64,000 bases of DNA from an uncultured Nitrospinota bacterium. GTDB taxonomy: Bacteria > Tectomicrobia > Entotheonellia > J063 > CAVPRW01. Made by a program: the position numbers and the translations under genes. Positions 1 to 8,590 of this stretch are shown here, in pieces. Numbering within the stretch: position 1 is the first letter of the stretch; each line of letters begins with the position of its first letter. Location: NCBI GenBank assembly GCA_963707985.1, contig CAVPRW010000004.1, positions 5,793 to 69,792 on the forward strand, read 5' to 3'. A model generated the notes under the pieces. It worked only from the letters and a program-made list of their open reading frames with translations. It had not been told where the DNA came from and did not search any database.

Positions 1-102
1 GGAGGCTGTGTGAGCCCACGAGCGCCACGATCTGTGGACGCGGCACCTGGCCGGTGGCGCCTGCCCGAGTGGCGCAGCGCCAGAGCGCCTGGGGGGGCAT
101 GA

Positions 103-1030
103 GCCAGGTGGGGAGCGCGTGTTGGGCCTGAGTGGTGCACGCCGTATCACGCGGGTTCCGCACGTGGGGCCCCGCGGGGCCTCACGTGCCTGGGGCGCGG
201 CGGTGACATCGGGCTGGTGACCCGGGGTGGCGGTGGCGACGGTGGTGGCACCGCGGCAGGGGCTGACCCGGGTGAGCACCGGCCGGTTCCCAGGGCTCAG
301 GACGCCGTCCGAGCGGACGGTGCGGCAGCGGTCCGGCAGCCCGTGCGGCAGCAACCGGCGCCGGACCGCCTCGGCAGGCACCGTCGAGGTGGTGACCGGA
401 GCCGTGGCCGCGTCCTTGTCCGGCAACGTGCCGTGGCCCTCTTCCCGCGTGAGGACACGGGTGTGGCGGAGGGCCACGCGCACGCTGGACGGGGCCAGGT
501 CTCGGAAGGCGGCCGCGCCACGGCCGACGGGCGCGCAGGGCACGACCCCGTCCGTATGCCAGACGTGGGCCTCGACGAGCGGGCACAGGGCGGTCGGTTG
601 TCGGGACGCGCGGAACGTCGCGCGGAAGCGTCCCGACCGGGGGGTGACGTGGACCAGGCCGTCTGGGCGGGAAGGCCCCCAGGCGCCCACGGCCGAGCAG
701 CGTTCGCACCGCTTCGAGGCTCAAGAGCACTGGCCGTTTGTTCGCGCGCGGGGCGCGCACACAGCTGCGGGGAGTCCAGTCGCGGTGGAGGGTGGACGCG
801 CAGCCGCACGTGAGGCCGTACCGTGCCATCATGCTGGCGCTCCGAGCGGACGGCTTGACAGGCGTGAGGTCCCGGAACTCCTGGCGGAGTGCTTCCGCGG
901 TGCTCACGTCTGGGGACTGGTGAGCGTGCTCCGCCAGTCGGCGTACGGCCCTGACGTCTCGCACCTGGGTACGTGCAGACACGCCCCGGAGCTGAAGGCC
1001 CTCGAGCATGCGCTGGCGCCGCGCGGTCAT
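103..1030 (-). mobile_element. Decayed IS91-like element: N-terminal part of the tyrosine recombinase (SAM-like domain, ~1030-690) joined by internal deletion to the C-terminal part of a Y2 (HUH) transposase (~680-103)
   Basis: Minus strand reads MTARRQRMLEGLQLRGVSARTQ..SPD..LRQ (integrase N-terminus, family type MTxLRQRMIEDLQLRGLSxRTQ). After a frame change it reads FRDLAPSSVRVALRHTR and RRLLPHGLPDRCRTVRSDG (family type FRYLAPYIFRVAISNNR and RRFLQHVLPxxFxKVRYYG), then a degenerate CxxC (GPTCG) and terminal RSPP. Confidence 0.85.
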
Positions 1031-1150
1031 GGCGATCCCGCCTCTGAGGTGGGTGATGGAGCGCACCGGAAGGAGCGGTCTACTGGGCTCGCGACCGCCT
1101 GAGGAGGCGTCACTTAGGGGTGGGCCGTGCCCAACTGCGCGCAGCGCTTA

Positions 1151-1213
1151 GTTCAACCACTTGCTGGAGCGGATGCGCAAACAGCCGCGCGCCGGTGAGC
1201 TTGGCCGTTCTTG
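1151..1213 (+). other. Degenerate attC-like recombination site (solitary)
   Basis: R'' GTTCAAC (matches RYYYAAC), 5-nt spacer, L'' GCTGGAGC, inner stem GGATGCGC/GCGCGCC, L' GGTGAGC, 6-nt spacer, GTT. The 63-bp length and 5/6 spacing fit attC. R' (GTTCTTG) and two L-box bases deviate. RBS GAGGAGG plus ATG follows at ~1250-1260. Confidence 0.45.
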
Positions 1214-1448
1214 CGACACGAGGGTGCAAGTTGCACGGCTGGACAGGAGAGGAGGCTATGAGCCAGGCGTACGCCCCCGGAGTCGCCCATGCGCACGCAC
1301 GGGGGACGGCGGAGCCGGTACGGGACGCGGGAGGAAGCGAAGGCTGGCCTGTCATGGGGCCGAGAGGGGGGCATGGCCCCATAGGCGCGCACTTAAGCGC
1401 TTCAATAATGCAACGAGGACCAGCATAGCCATGTCTGTCAGATGATGG

Positions 1449-2130
1449 TTGCCACACCATCACCCTCTTCCGGAGGTGTCTCTGCTGCTCTTGCCGCATC
1501 ATCCCGACCGTGCCGTCGAAGCACCATTGGCGCGTGTGGAGGACACGTGGACGACCGAGGTGGTGCCGCGCGTGCCCGTGGACCTCGCCGCGCCGGCTCG
1601 CACCCTGAAAGCCTTCCAGCGCGTCCGTCGTCTGGCCACGCCGTACGAGCGGCTCCGGGCCGTGCTCGCGTCTGTCCTGGGCCCCTGGTCTCTGCGCCGC
1701 CTGGGGGCGTGGGCGGTGCTGATCGGGCTCGCGGATCGCTCCGAGGCCGCCTGGCGCAAACGGCTGCGGGCCTGTCGTCCCTGGTGACGCTGGCTCCTCA
1801 GTGAACTGGTGGCGACCCCGCGGGTTGTGGACCCGCCGCCCCCTCAGGCCCTGGGGCGTGTGCTCCTGGTGGATGCCAGCAGGCTCCGGCAGCCCGGCGG
1901 CACCGGGGATGACTGGCGGCGACATCTGGCCGATGACTGCACCGCTGGCCGGCTTGGGCCGGTGCGGGTGACGGACCGGTACGGGGGCGCACAGCCTCGT
2001 GTTCAAACGGATGCAACAACGGCTCCGGCTCAATCAGATCCGGAGCACGCACCTCGCGAGTGTCGAAGCCACCGTGCGGGCGTGGCTCATCGCCTGGGCC
2101 TGGCCAGAAGGGGCCATGGCGACCATCCGC
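1449..2130 (+). mobile_element. Decayed IS4-family DDE transposase with in-frame stop (1785-1787) and large internal deletion (~1990)
   Basis: Recognisable blocks [52 protein letters not shown] (first catalytic Asp region), VRVTDRYGG, then a jump to LVFKRMQQRLRLNQIRS..VEATVRA (C-terminal catalytic region). Confidence 0.8.
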
Positions 2131-2365
2131 CAAGTCTAACTACTACACCGTGGCCGTTGTCCGCTGTCCAGAGCAGGGCGAGGGGGAGGCCCAAGACGTC
2201 GCACGTGACATGATCCCATAACGGCGACCTTCTGGGACACACCTACGAGAAGCGACAACGTTGACATCAGACCAGCCACACGTTCAGAGTGGAGCATCCA
2301 GGAGCAAACATTCCTGAAAGGGGAGCCATGGCATGACATCGAACCAACATTCACACGGGCTACCG

Positions 2366-2782
2366 ATGCGTGTGTATACCATCGGCTATGGAGGGCGCTC
2401 CCCAGGTGATTTTGTGGCACTACTTCAACAGGCGAACATTCCGCTCGTGGTGGACGTGCGCCTGCGGCCAGACAAATCCAGTATGGGAGTTTACGTCAGG
2501 GCCAGGACCGCGGATAAAGGCATCCAGGCCTTATTGGCTCGCGCCAACATTACATACGTGTCAGCGGTGGAGCTCGGAAACCTCTTTATGAATTGTGAGG
2601 ACTGGCGTGAGCGCTATCGGCGCTTGTGGGATTACGCCGGAGACATACTGGCTGAGCGCCTGCGCCAGCTTCCCACCCCCTTCTGCCTGATGTGTGCGGA
2701 GCAGCATGCAACCGAGTGCCATCGTCAGTTCATCGCAGCCTATCTTCTCCAACACGGGTATACCGTCGAACACCTTGAGTAA
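2366..2782 (+). CDS. DUF488 family protein
   Basis: VYTIGYGGRS, VVDVRLRP, ELGN and CLMCAE...CHR motifs typical of DUF488. Confidence 0.85.
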   Translation: MRVYTIGYGGRSPGDFVALLQQANIPLVVDVRLRPDKSSMGVYVRARTADKGIQALLARANITYVSAVELGNLFMNCEDWRERYRRLWDYAGDILAERLRQLPTPFCLMCAEQHATECHRQFIAAYLLQHGYTVEHLE

Positions 2783-2857
2783 CCCCACAACCCGGAGGTT
2801 TGTATTGCCCCACCGCACTCGACCAGTGCGGCAACTGGCGGAACGTTTCTCCGGTGT

Positions 2858-3124
2858 TTAGAGAGCAGCGCTATGTATGGTGATAAGCCAGGATTGCCCG
2901 CCACCCTGTGCCACATGCTCAAGGGCAGATTCCGTCTGTGCTGGACGGAATCGCTCCCCTCGACTATCCCAGACTCGTAGGAGCGTCATCCGGAGGGCCG
3001 CTGTGCGGTTCTCGGACCCCCCAGCCAGCCACTGCCCGATGCGCTGGAGCCAATGTCCTCGTGCATATTGGGTTGACTTGCCAACATGGGTTCCCCACAA
3101 GATCGTCTGGCCATGTGCTGACAT
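2858..3124 (-). CDS. Small hypothetical protein (88 aa, MSAHGQTILWG...)
   Basis: Clean ORF with strong RBS GAAGGAGA 6 nt before ATG; no recognised domain. Confidence 0.55.
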   Translation of the reverse strand: MSAHGQTILWGTHVGKSTQYARGHWLQRIGQWLAGGSENRTAALRMTLLRVWDSRGERFRPAQTESALEHVAQGGGQSWLITIHSAAL

Positions 3125-3250
3125 GTGATCTCTCCTTCAATTGTGGTGTGTATGATACTTGCACACTTCCGCGGCTTGGACTTCACCTCCACCCTTGTGT
3201 CCAAGCACTTGGTGGGCAATATAGACCTCGACCATCAAAAGAACCAACGG

Positions 3251-3279
3251 ATTGTTTTCATGGCATTCATGAAAACAAT
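3251..3279. promoter_or_regulatory. 11-bp perfect inverted repeat ATTGTTTTCAT-N7-ATGAAAACAAT (candidate operator or terminator stem)
   Basis: AT-rich perfect IR between the hemW 3' end and the start of the 88-aa gene. Confidence 0.4.
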
Positions 3280-3368
3280 TGATGGACCAAGCAGACGACC
3301 AGACGTTTAATTACCGGCAGCATGGGGGTACGACACCGGGGACGAGACTAGGGAGGGACCTGACCAGG

Positions 3369-4628
3369 TCACGAGATGTTCTGTGAGGAAGGCTGCTCCG
3401 CCGCCACTGGCGTGGCGGCATCATCGGCGGCAACAAGCCGGGCAAGCACTGCATCGATCACCAGACGGCCTCGGTCGGTAAGGCACAGGTGGCCGTCACG
3501 GTACCGCAGATGGCCAGAGTCTATCAGCTCGGCGATGGGCTCAGCATAAGCGCCGGGGAGATGAACGCCGTATGCACGTGTGAAGACTTCGAGGTCGATC
3601 CCTTCTCGGAGCCGCAGGCCTACCATGAGGCCCTCATGAAAGCGACGTGTCCGATCGATGCGCTCAGGCACACCTGCGGCACTACCGTCCGTTGAGATCG
3701 CACGGATATATCGTCTAGGCAGTCGCTCATTCTCGCGGCGATAACCATGCAGATAGGCATGCGCCCCGGCGCCAAAGCCAAGGTATTCGCCGTGCTGCCA
3801 GTAGTGCAGGTTATGGCGCGAGCGCCAGCCCGGCAATGCGTAGTTCGAGATCTCATAATGCACGTAACCGGCAGGGGACAACAGCTGATCAGCGCGCTCG
3901 AACATCGCCACCTGCACCTCCTCATCGGGTAGGGTCAGCTCGCCGCGTTGTTGTCGTCGATAGAATGGTGTGCGCTCCTCGATGCTGAGACCATACACGG
4001 CAATATGCGTCGGAGTGACGGCAAGAGCCTCGTGCAGGCTCCTCTCCCAGGTGGGGAGGGATTGCTCTGGTAGGCCGAACATGAGGTCCAGATTGAGGTC
4101 CATGAATCCCGCCTGTCGTGCCCATACGAGGACACAACGCGCATCGACCGCCGAGTGCAAGCGGTCGAGTCGACGCAGAAGGGCATCGTCAAAGGCCTGC
4201 ACGCCAATGCTGATGCGATTGAAGCCACCCGCACGCAATACTTCAAGGCCGACCAGGTCGATCGTGCCGGGGTCGGCCTCAAGCGTAATTTCCGCATCCG
4301 CTGACACGGGAAAGCTGTCCCGAATCAGGCTGAGCAGGCTGGTAAGATCGGCGGGAGCGAGCGTGGAAGGCGTGCCCCCACCAAAATAGACGGAAGGCAC
4401 ATGATAGCTCATCCATGGGCGCTCGCTGGCGGTGTGCTCAATCTCGCGTCGTAGGGCGGAGATGTACATCTGGGCTGTGTCACGGCGATACAGGTAGGCG
4501 TTAAAATCGCAATATCCACACTTCTGGATGCAGAAGGGAATATGCACGTAGATTGTCAGGGCCTGCGTCGCTCTCCGGCGTAGCACCGGCAACACCGCGC
4601 CTGCACGGGCGGTGTCATCACCATCCAT
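3369..4628 (-). CDS. hemW: Radical SAM heme chaperone HemW (HemN-like)
   Basis: YVHIPFC-IQKC-GYC (CxxxCxxC), YFGGGTPS, YEISNYA and HNLHYW (HNxxYW, typical of HemW). Start uncertain (4628 or 4655). Confidence 0.88.
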   Translation of the reverse strand: MDGDDTARAGAVLPVLRRRATQALTIYVHIPFCIQKCGYCDFNAYLYRRDTAQMYISALRREIEHTASERPWMSYHVPSVYFGGGTPSTLAPADLTSLLSLIRDSFPVSADAEITLEADPGTIDLVGLEVLRAGGFNRISIGVQAFDDALLRRLDRLHSAVDARCVLVWARQAGFMDLNLDLMFGLPEQSLPTWERSLHEALAVTPTHIAVYGLSIEERTPFYRRQQRGELTLPDEEVQVAMFERADQLLSPAGYVHYEISNYALPGWRSRHNLHYWQHGEYLGFGAGAHAYLHGYRRENERLPRRYIRAISTDGSAAGVPERIDRTRRFHEGLMVGLRLREGIDLEVFTRAYGVHLPGAYAEPIAELIDSGHLRYRDGHLCLTDRGRLVIDAVLARLVAADDAATPVAAEQPSSQNIS

Positions 4629-4678
4629 CAATAGGCTTTGCAGCAACGCAGGCATCCACGTGTTTCCCCGCTATGCGC

Positions 4679-4879
4679 TTAGGCGGTTTTAGCCGCCTGC
4701 CGTGTCCGGTAGTGGTAATCGATATTCTGGATACCGCCGTCTGTCGACATGATATAGCAAAAATACACACCACGGATGGCCATGGTTTCGGTATCCCGCA
4801 CTAGCAGGTTGCCGTTTTTCAGCTCGTCCAGCAGTTCCAGGTCAGACGCTTCGAGCACGGCTTTTTGTTTCTCGGTCAT
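4679..4879 (-). CDS. Small hypothetical protein (66 aa, MTEKQKAVLEASDLELLDELKNG...)
   Basis: RBS GAGGGAGG upstream of ATG 4879; co-oriented between addA and hemW, overlapping the addA 3' end. Confidence 0.5.
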   Translation of the reverse strand: MTEKQKAVLEASDLELLDELKNGNLLVRDTETMAIRGVYFCYIMSTDGGIQNIDYHYRTRQAAKTA

Positions 4880-7800
4880 GGTCGTTTCCTCCCTCATCAT
4901 TTTCCTCTCCCGAGTGGAGAGGGCTATCCTGGCGCCCCCAGCAGAAGGGGCGAAAGCCACAGCGCGCCAGCTCACACTGCTCGCGTGCGATGCGTGGCCA
5001 GGCACTGACCTCGCGGGCATGCCGCCGTTCGACGTATACCTGCGCCAATTGTAGCAGACGCTCTTCGACACGATCCGTTGCACGAATGGTTCGACGCTCC
5101 GTAGGATACACGCGACTGCGTAGAAAACTCAACTGTACTTCTGCGGATGGGCTATCCATGGCACGCATGGCGGCTAAGGCGTAGATCGCCATCGGCACTT
5201 CATAGCCCGCTTCTTTGTGGCGATCGAAATAGGCGTACTTATGGTCGATCACTACCGGCGTCTCATCGCTACTGATCACCGCGTCCATCCGTCCGCGCAC
5301 GAAGAGCTCTAGCGCTTCTCCTTGAATATGCAGGTGAAATGGCACCTCGCGGCGAAGATGTGGACTGTGCCGCAGGGCTTGCCAGGTGGGGCTATGCAGA
5401 TAGCGTTCGAGGTCTTGCCCCAGCTCTTCAACATCGGCGGCCGTCAGGAGAAACGCCCCCGGCTCCCCACGAATTAGCTCTCGCACGCGGCCGGCCAGGG
5501 CTGCGACGGGGAGGTCCATCTCGATGCGTTCGAGCACGGCATGGACGATGCGCCCCTTATCCACTGCCGGCAGACCCCCGTCCTGCCCCGGCGGCTGTTC
5601 CTCCAGACCCGCCAGGTCGTGGAGAAAAAAATAGCGCGGACATTTGGCCAGTGTCGCCAACGCGGTGGGCGACAATTCCACCGTTTGTGGTAGCGGCGGC
5701 TGCCACCCCCAGACGCGCTGATCAATCGCGTGCAGCTCGTCAGCCGTTGAGGTGGGCAGGGATGGGGTTTCGACCACCTGAATCACCGGCTGTTGCGCCA
5801 GTGTACCGGCATGTCTGAGCTCGATGGTGACCTCGTCCAGGGTCACATCTGCCGATGGCAACGTCCCTGAACGCACCTGGGCAACGACCGCCGCCCGCTC
5901 CGGCTCGGCGAGCAGCCTCCCCATCACCCAAGTATGCCATGGGCCTGGCCTCTTGCTCGCACCTTCGCCCAGGACCAGGAGGTGTTGTGGTCGAGTCAGC
6001 GCCACGTAAAGCAAGCGCTTGAGCTCTTCCACCTCTTTATCGCGTTCCACCACTTCTGCTTCGAGCATCAGCGGGTGCAGCAGGCGCGCGCGATTGATGC
6101 CATACGCTGCTGCACACATCATCCCCCAATGCTCATCGAACATGACCCGACTACCGCGTTCACCTCTGCCCTCATGGGCCAGATCTGGGACGAAGACCGC
6201 CGGAAACTCCAGCCCCTTCGCCTGATGAATGGTCATGATGCGTACCACATCTTCCTCTTCGCTCATGATCTGCGCGTCTGGTGTGCGTGCGGCGTCGTCA
6301 CCGATGTGGTCGCGTAGATAGGCCACAAATTCGTACAGGCCGGCGAGCCCTTTACGACTGAAATCACGGGCCAGATCGAGCAGCTTGTCCACATTCGCGA
6401 CCTGCTGCTCGCCATCGGCTTGTGCCATGAGCACCGCATCGTAGCCGGTCTCACCAATGGCCCATTCCAGCAGCTCAGCAGGGTCCAGTCGATCACACAG
6501 GTGTAACAGCCGCCCGGCCAGACTGACAAAGGGCGCCAGACGTTCTTGTAGCGGAGCGGGCAAGCTGGCCATGCGCTCGGGGGCAAGGACATCCGAGAGC
6601 ATGGCACCGGGTGCCCGTATCTCACACAAGCGATACAGATCGGCAAAATCCAGACCTGCCAGCGGCGACGTCAACACCTCGGCAAGTGCCAGATCATCAC
6701 CGGGATCGACCAGAAAGGTCAGCAATGCCGCAAGGTCCCCCACTTCCTGACGTTGAAAGAAACCGCCCCCTTTGACCCGGTAATAGGGAATACCGCGCTC
6801 GCGCAGCGCCTTCTCATACAGTGGCCCGAAACTATGAGTCTTCACCAGAATGGCGGCGTCGCGATAACTTGCCAGCGTGCCATCGCCATGCGCCTCGGCG
6901 ATGAACTCGGCAAAGGCTCCGGCCTCCAGGGCGCGGCCGACCTCTGCTGCTTGTCCCTCCCCACCCAGGATTAAGATCAAGCGTCCAGTTGTGTGAGAAA
7001 CCTGACCCGGCTGCAGATGGTCTTGCTCGGCATAGCGGAGGCGATGGCGAGTATCCGTGTGCGCTGGCAGCGATTGCGCGCCGGCTCCATCCATCACGGC
7101 GCTGAATAGTGTATTGGCGAAGGTCAGCAGGCTAGCGGTCGAGCGATAATTTTCCACCAGGGCGATGCCGTTGCCGCCGCTGCCCACGATCTTTTCTGCC
7201 ATGGTCACGAAGACGCCCACATCGGCGCGACGGAAACGGTAGATCGACTGCTTCGGATCGCCGACGATGAAGAGGCGCTGGTCGTCGAGGACAATCTGCT
7301 CCAGCAGCGTGCGATAGCGGTCGAATGCATGAAAGGTTCGTTCCTGGCCGCGCACCTCCGCCAGCAGACAGATGATTTCTCCTTGCAGCTCATCGGTATC
7401 CTGAAATTCATCCACCAGAATCGCCCGGAAGCGCTCCTTGTAGCGTCGACGCACGGTCGGATGGAATTTCAAGAGATTGCGGGTATGTGTCAACAAGTCG
7501 TCGAAGTCGAGGCTGCGTGCCACCGTCTTGCGGCGGCGATATTCGGCCTGGATCTGGTCCACTAACACGATCAGCTGGCGCGTCAATTCGACGCTTTTTC
7601 CGCCGGCGAAACAAGCTTTGAGCCCACCATCGACAGCCCTGTCGCCAAGCCAGCGCCGCAGTGTCTCGTGGCCGGCGCGGAGAGCGACGTCAGTCGGGTG
7701 AGACCCCAAATTTCCGGCTTTCAGGAGATCCGCCAGGCTATCGCACACGCTGGCCATGTCGGCCGGGGCATCCAGCGTCAGGCGATCCAACTCGGCTGCG

Positions 7801-8579
7801 ATATTCGCAAACTCGGCTTTGATGCGTTGCAGCAGCTTTTGGGCGTTCTTCCCATGGGCGCGCTCGATGGCGGCCATGGCGCCGAAGGCCAGGCGCACCT
7901 CATGGTGTCCCTGTGCAAAGCGCTCGTGCACGTCGGCGAGCTTGATGCGTTGGGCGGCAAAACGCTCTTCAAGCCAATTGCGCCCCTGGGGATCGCGCCG
8001 CTGCAGGTCCACTCCCAGGCCATTGAGCCAGCGCAGCGCGGCCTCTACGACCTCGGCGAGATGTCTGGGGGCATGGCGCGAGGCTTGCGTGAGCTGCAGG
8101 TCGCGAAATAGGGCCTGCACGCCAGGGTGACCGGCACAGATGTGTGTCTGGATGATGGTGAGGATGACCTCACGTCGCACCGAGCCGCTTTCATCCTCAT
8201 CCCAGATGACGAAATGCGGATCGACTCCAGCCTCCAGGGGATTTTCTTTCAGAAGCCCGGCGCAGAATGCATGGATGGTCGAGATGGGTGCATTGGCAAG
8301 ACCGGTCAGCACTCGCCGCCAATCAACCTCTGGTCCACTGCCGGTAGACACGCCCGAGACACGATCCAGCACCTGCCGCTTGAGGCGGTCGCGCATTTCG
8401 GCCGCCGCCTTCTCGGTGAAGGTGATGGCCAAGATCTGTCCTGGCGGGATGCCCTGCTTGAGCTGCGACAGATAGGCACCCACCAGTGTGGCGGTCTTAC
8501 CCGTGCCAGCGCTGGCGTTGACGACAGTATTGCGCGTGAAGGCCACGGCTTCCTGCTGCCTTGGGTTAAACGTGAGCAT
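4842..8579 (-). CDS. addA: AddA-like UvrD/SF1 helicase with C-terminal PD-(D/E)XK nuclease domain
   Basis: Walker A ASAGTGKT, ILVDEFQDT, VGDPKQSIYRFR, MTIHQAKGLEF, LLYVALTR; C-terminal SPTAL..CPRYFF, RGRMD, IDHK and a Cys cluster. Confidence 0.88.
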   Translation of the reverse strand: MLTFNPRQQEAVAFTRNTVVNASAGTGKTATLVGAYLSQLKQGIPPGQILAITFTEKAAAEMRDRLKRQVLDRVSGVSTGSGPEVDWRRVLTGLANAPISTIHAFCAGLLKENPLEAGVDPHFVIWDEDESGSVRREVILTIIQTHICAGHPGVQALFRDLQLTQASRHAPRHLAEVVEAALRWLNGLGVDLQRRDPQGRNWLEERFAAQRIKLADVHERFAQGHHEVRLAFGAMAAIERAHGKNAQKLLQRIKAEFANIAAELDRLTLDAPADMASVCDSLADLLKAGNLGSHPTDVALRAGHETLRRWLGDRAVDGGLKACFAGGKSVELTRQLIVLVDQIQAEYRRRKTVARSLDFDDLLTHTRNLLKFHPTVRRRYKERFRAILVDEFQDTDELQGEIICLLAEVRGQERTFHAFDRYRTLLEQIVLDDQRLFIVGDPKQSIYRFRRADVGVFVTMAEKIVGSGGNGIALVENYRSTASLLTFANTLFSAVMDGAGAQSLPAHTDTRHRLRYAEQDHLQPGQVSHTTGRLILILGGEGQAAEVGRALEAGAFAEFIAEAHGDGTLASYRDAAILVKTHSFGPLYEKALRERGIPYYRVKGGGFFQRQEVGDLAALLTFLVDPGDDLALAEVLTSPLAGLDFADLYRLCEIRAPGAMLSDVLAPERMASLPAPLQERLAPFVSLAGRLLHLCDRLDPAELLEWAIGETGYDAVLMAQADGEQQVANVDKLLDLARDFSRKGLAGLYEFVAYLRDHIGDDAARTPDAQIMSEEEDVVRIMTIHQAKGLEFPAVFVPDLAHEGRGERGSRVMFDEHWGMMCAAAYGINRARLLHPLMLEAEVVERDKEVEELKRLLYVALTRPQHLLVLGEGASKRPGPWHTWVMGRLLAEPERAAVVAQVRSGTLPSADVTLDEVTIELRHAGTLAQQPVIQVVETPSLPTSTADELHAIDQRVWGWQPPLPQTVELSPTALATLAKCPRYFFLHDLAGLEEQPPGQDGGLPAVDKGRIVHAVLERIEMDLPVAALAGRVRELIRGEPGAFLLTAADVEELGQDLERYLHSPTWQALRHSPHLRREVPFHLHIQGEALELFVRGRMDAVISSDETPVVIDHKYAYFDRHKEAGYEVPMAIYALAAMRAMDSPSAEVQLSFLRSRVYPTERRTIRATDRVEERLLQLAQVYVERRHAREVSAWPRIAREQCELARCGFRPFCWGRQDSPLHSGEENDEGGNDHDRETKSRARSV

Positions 8580-8590
8580 GGTGCACCGTC

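Noticed and set aside
690-1030. Integron integrase (intI) next to the attC-like site
   Set aside because: Only the N-terminal SAM-like part remains, it is fused to a Y2 transposase as in IS91-like modules, and neither the IntI-specific insertion nor catalytic residues are present.
217-1102. Long plus-strand ORFs over the IS relic
   Set aside because: Shadow ORFs caused by loss of stop codons in ~77% GC DNA; no RBS or motifs.
103-2130. Diversity-generating retroelement as the cause of the hypermutation
   Set aside because: DGRs mutate adenines on one strand to any base within a short VR. Here both A>C and T>G occur on the coding strand across whole elements, and there is no reverse transcriptase or TR/VR pair in the window.
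3369-4628. True coproporphyrinogen dehydrogenase HemN
   Set aside because: HNxxYW and the overall motif pattern fit the HemW heme-chaperone branch.
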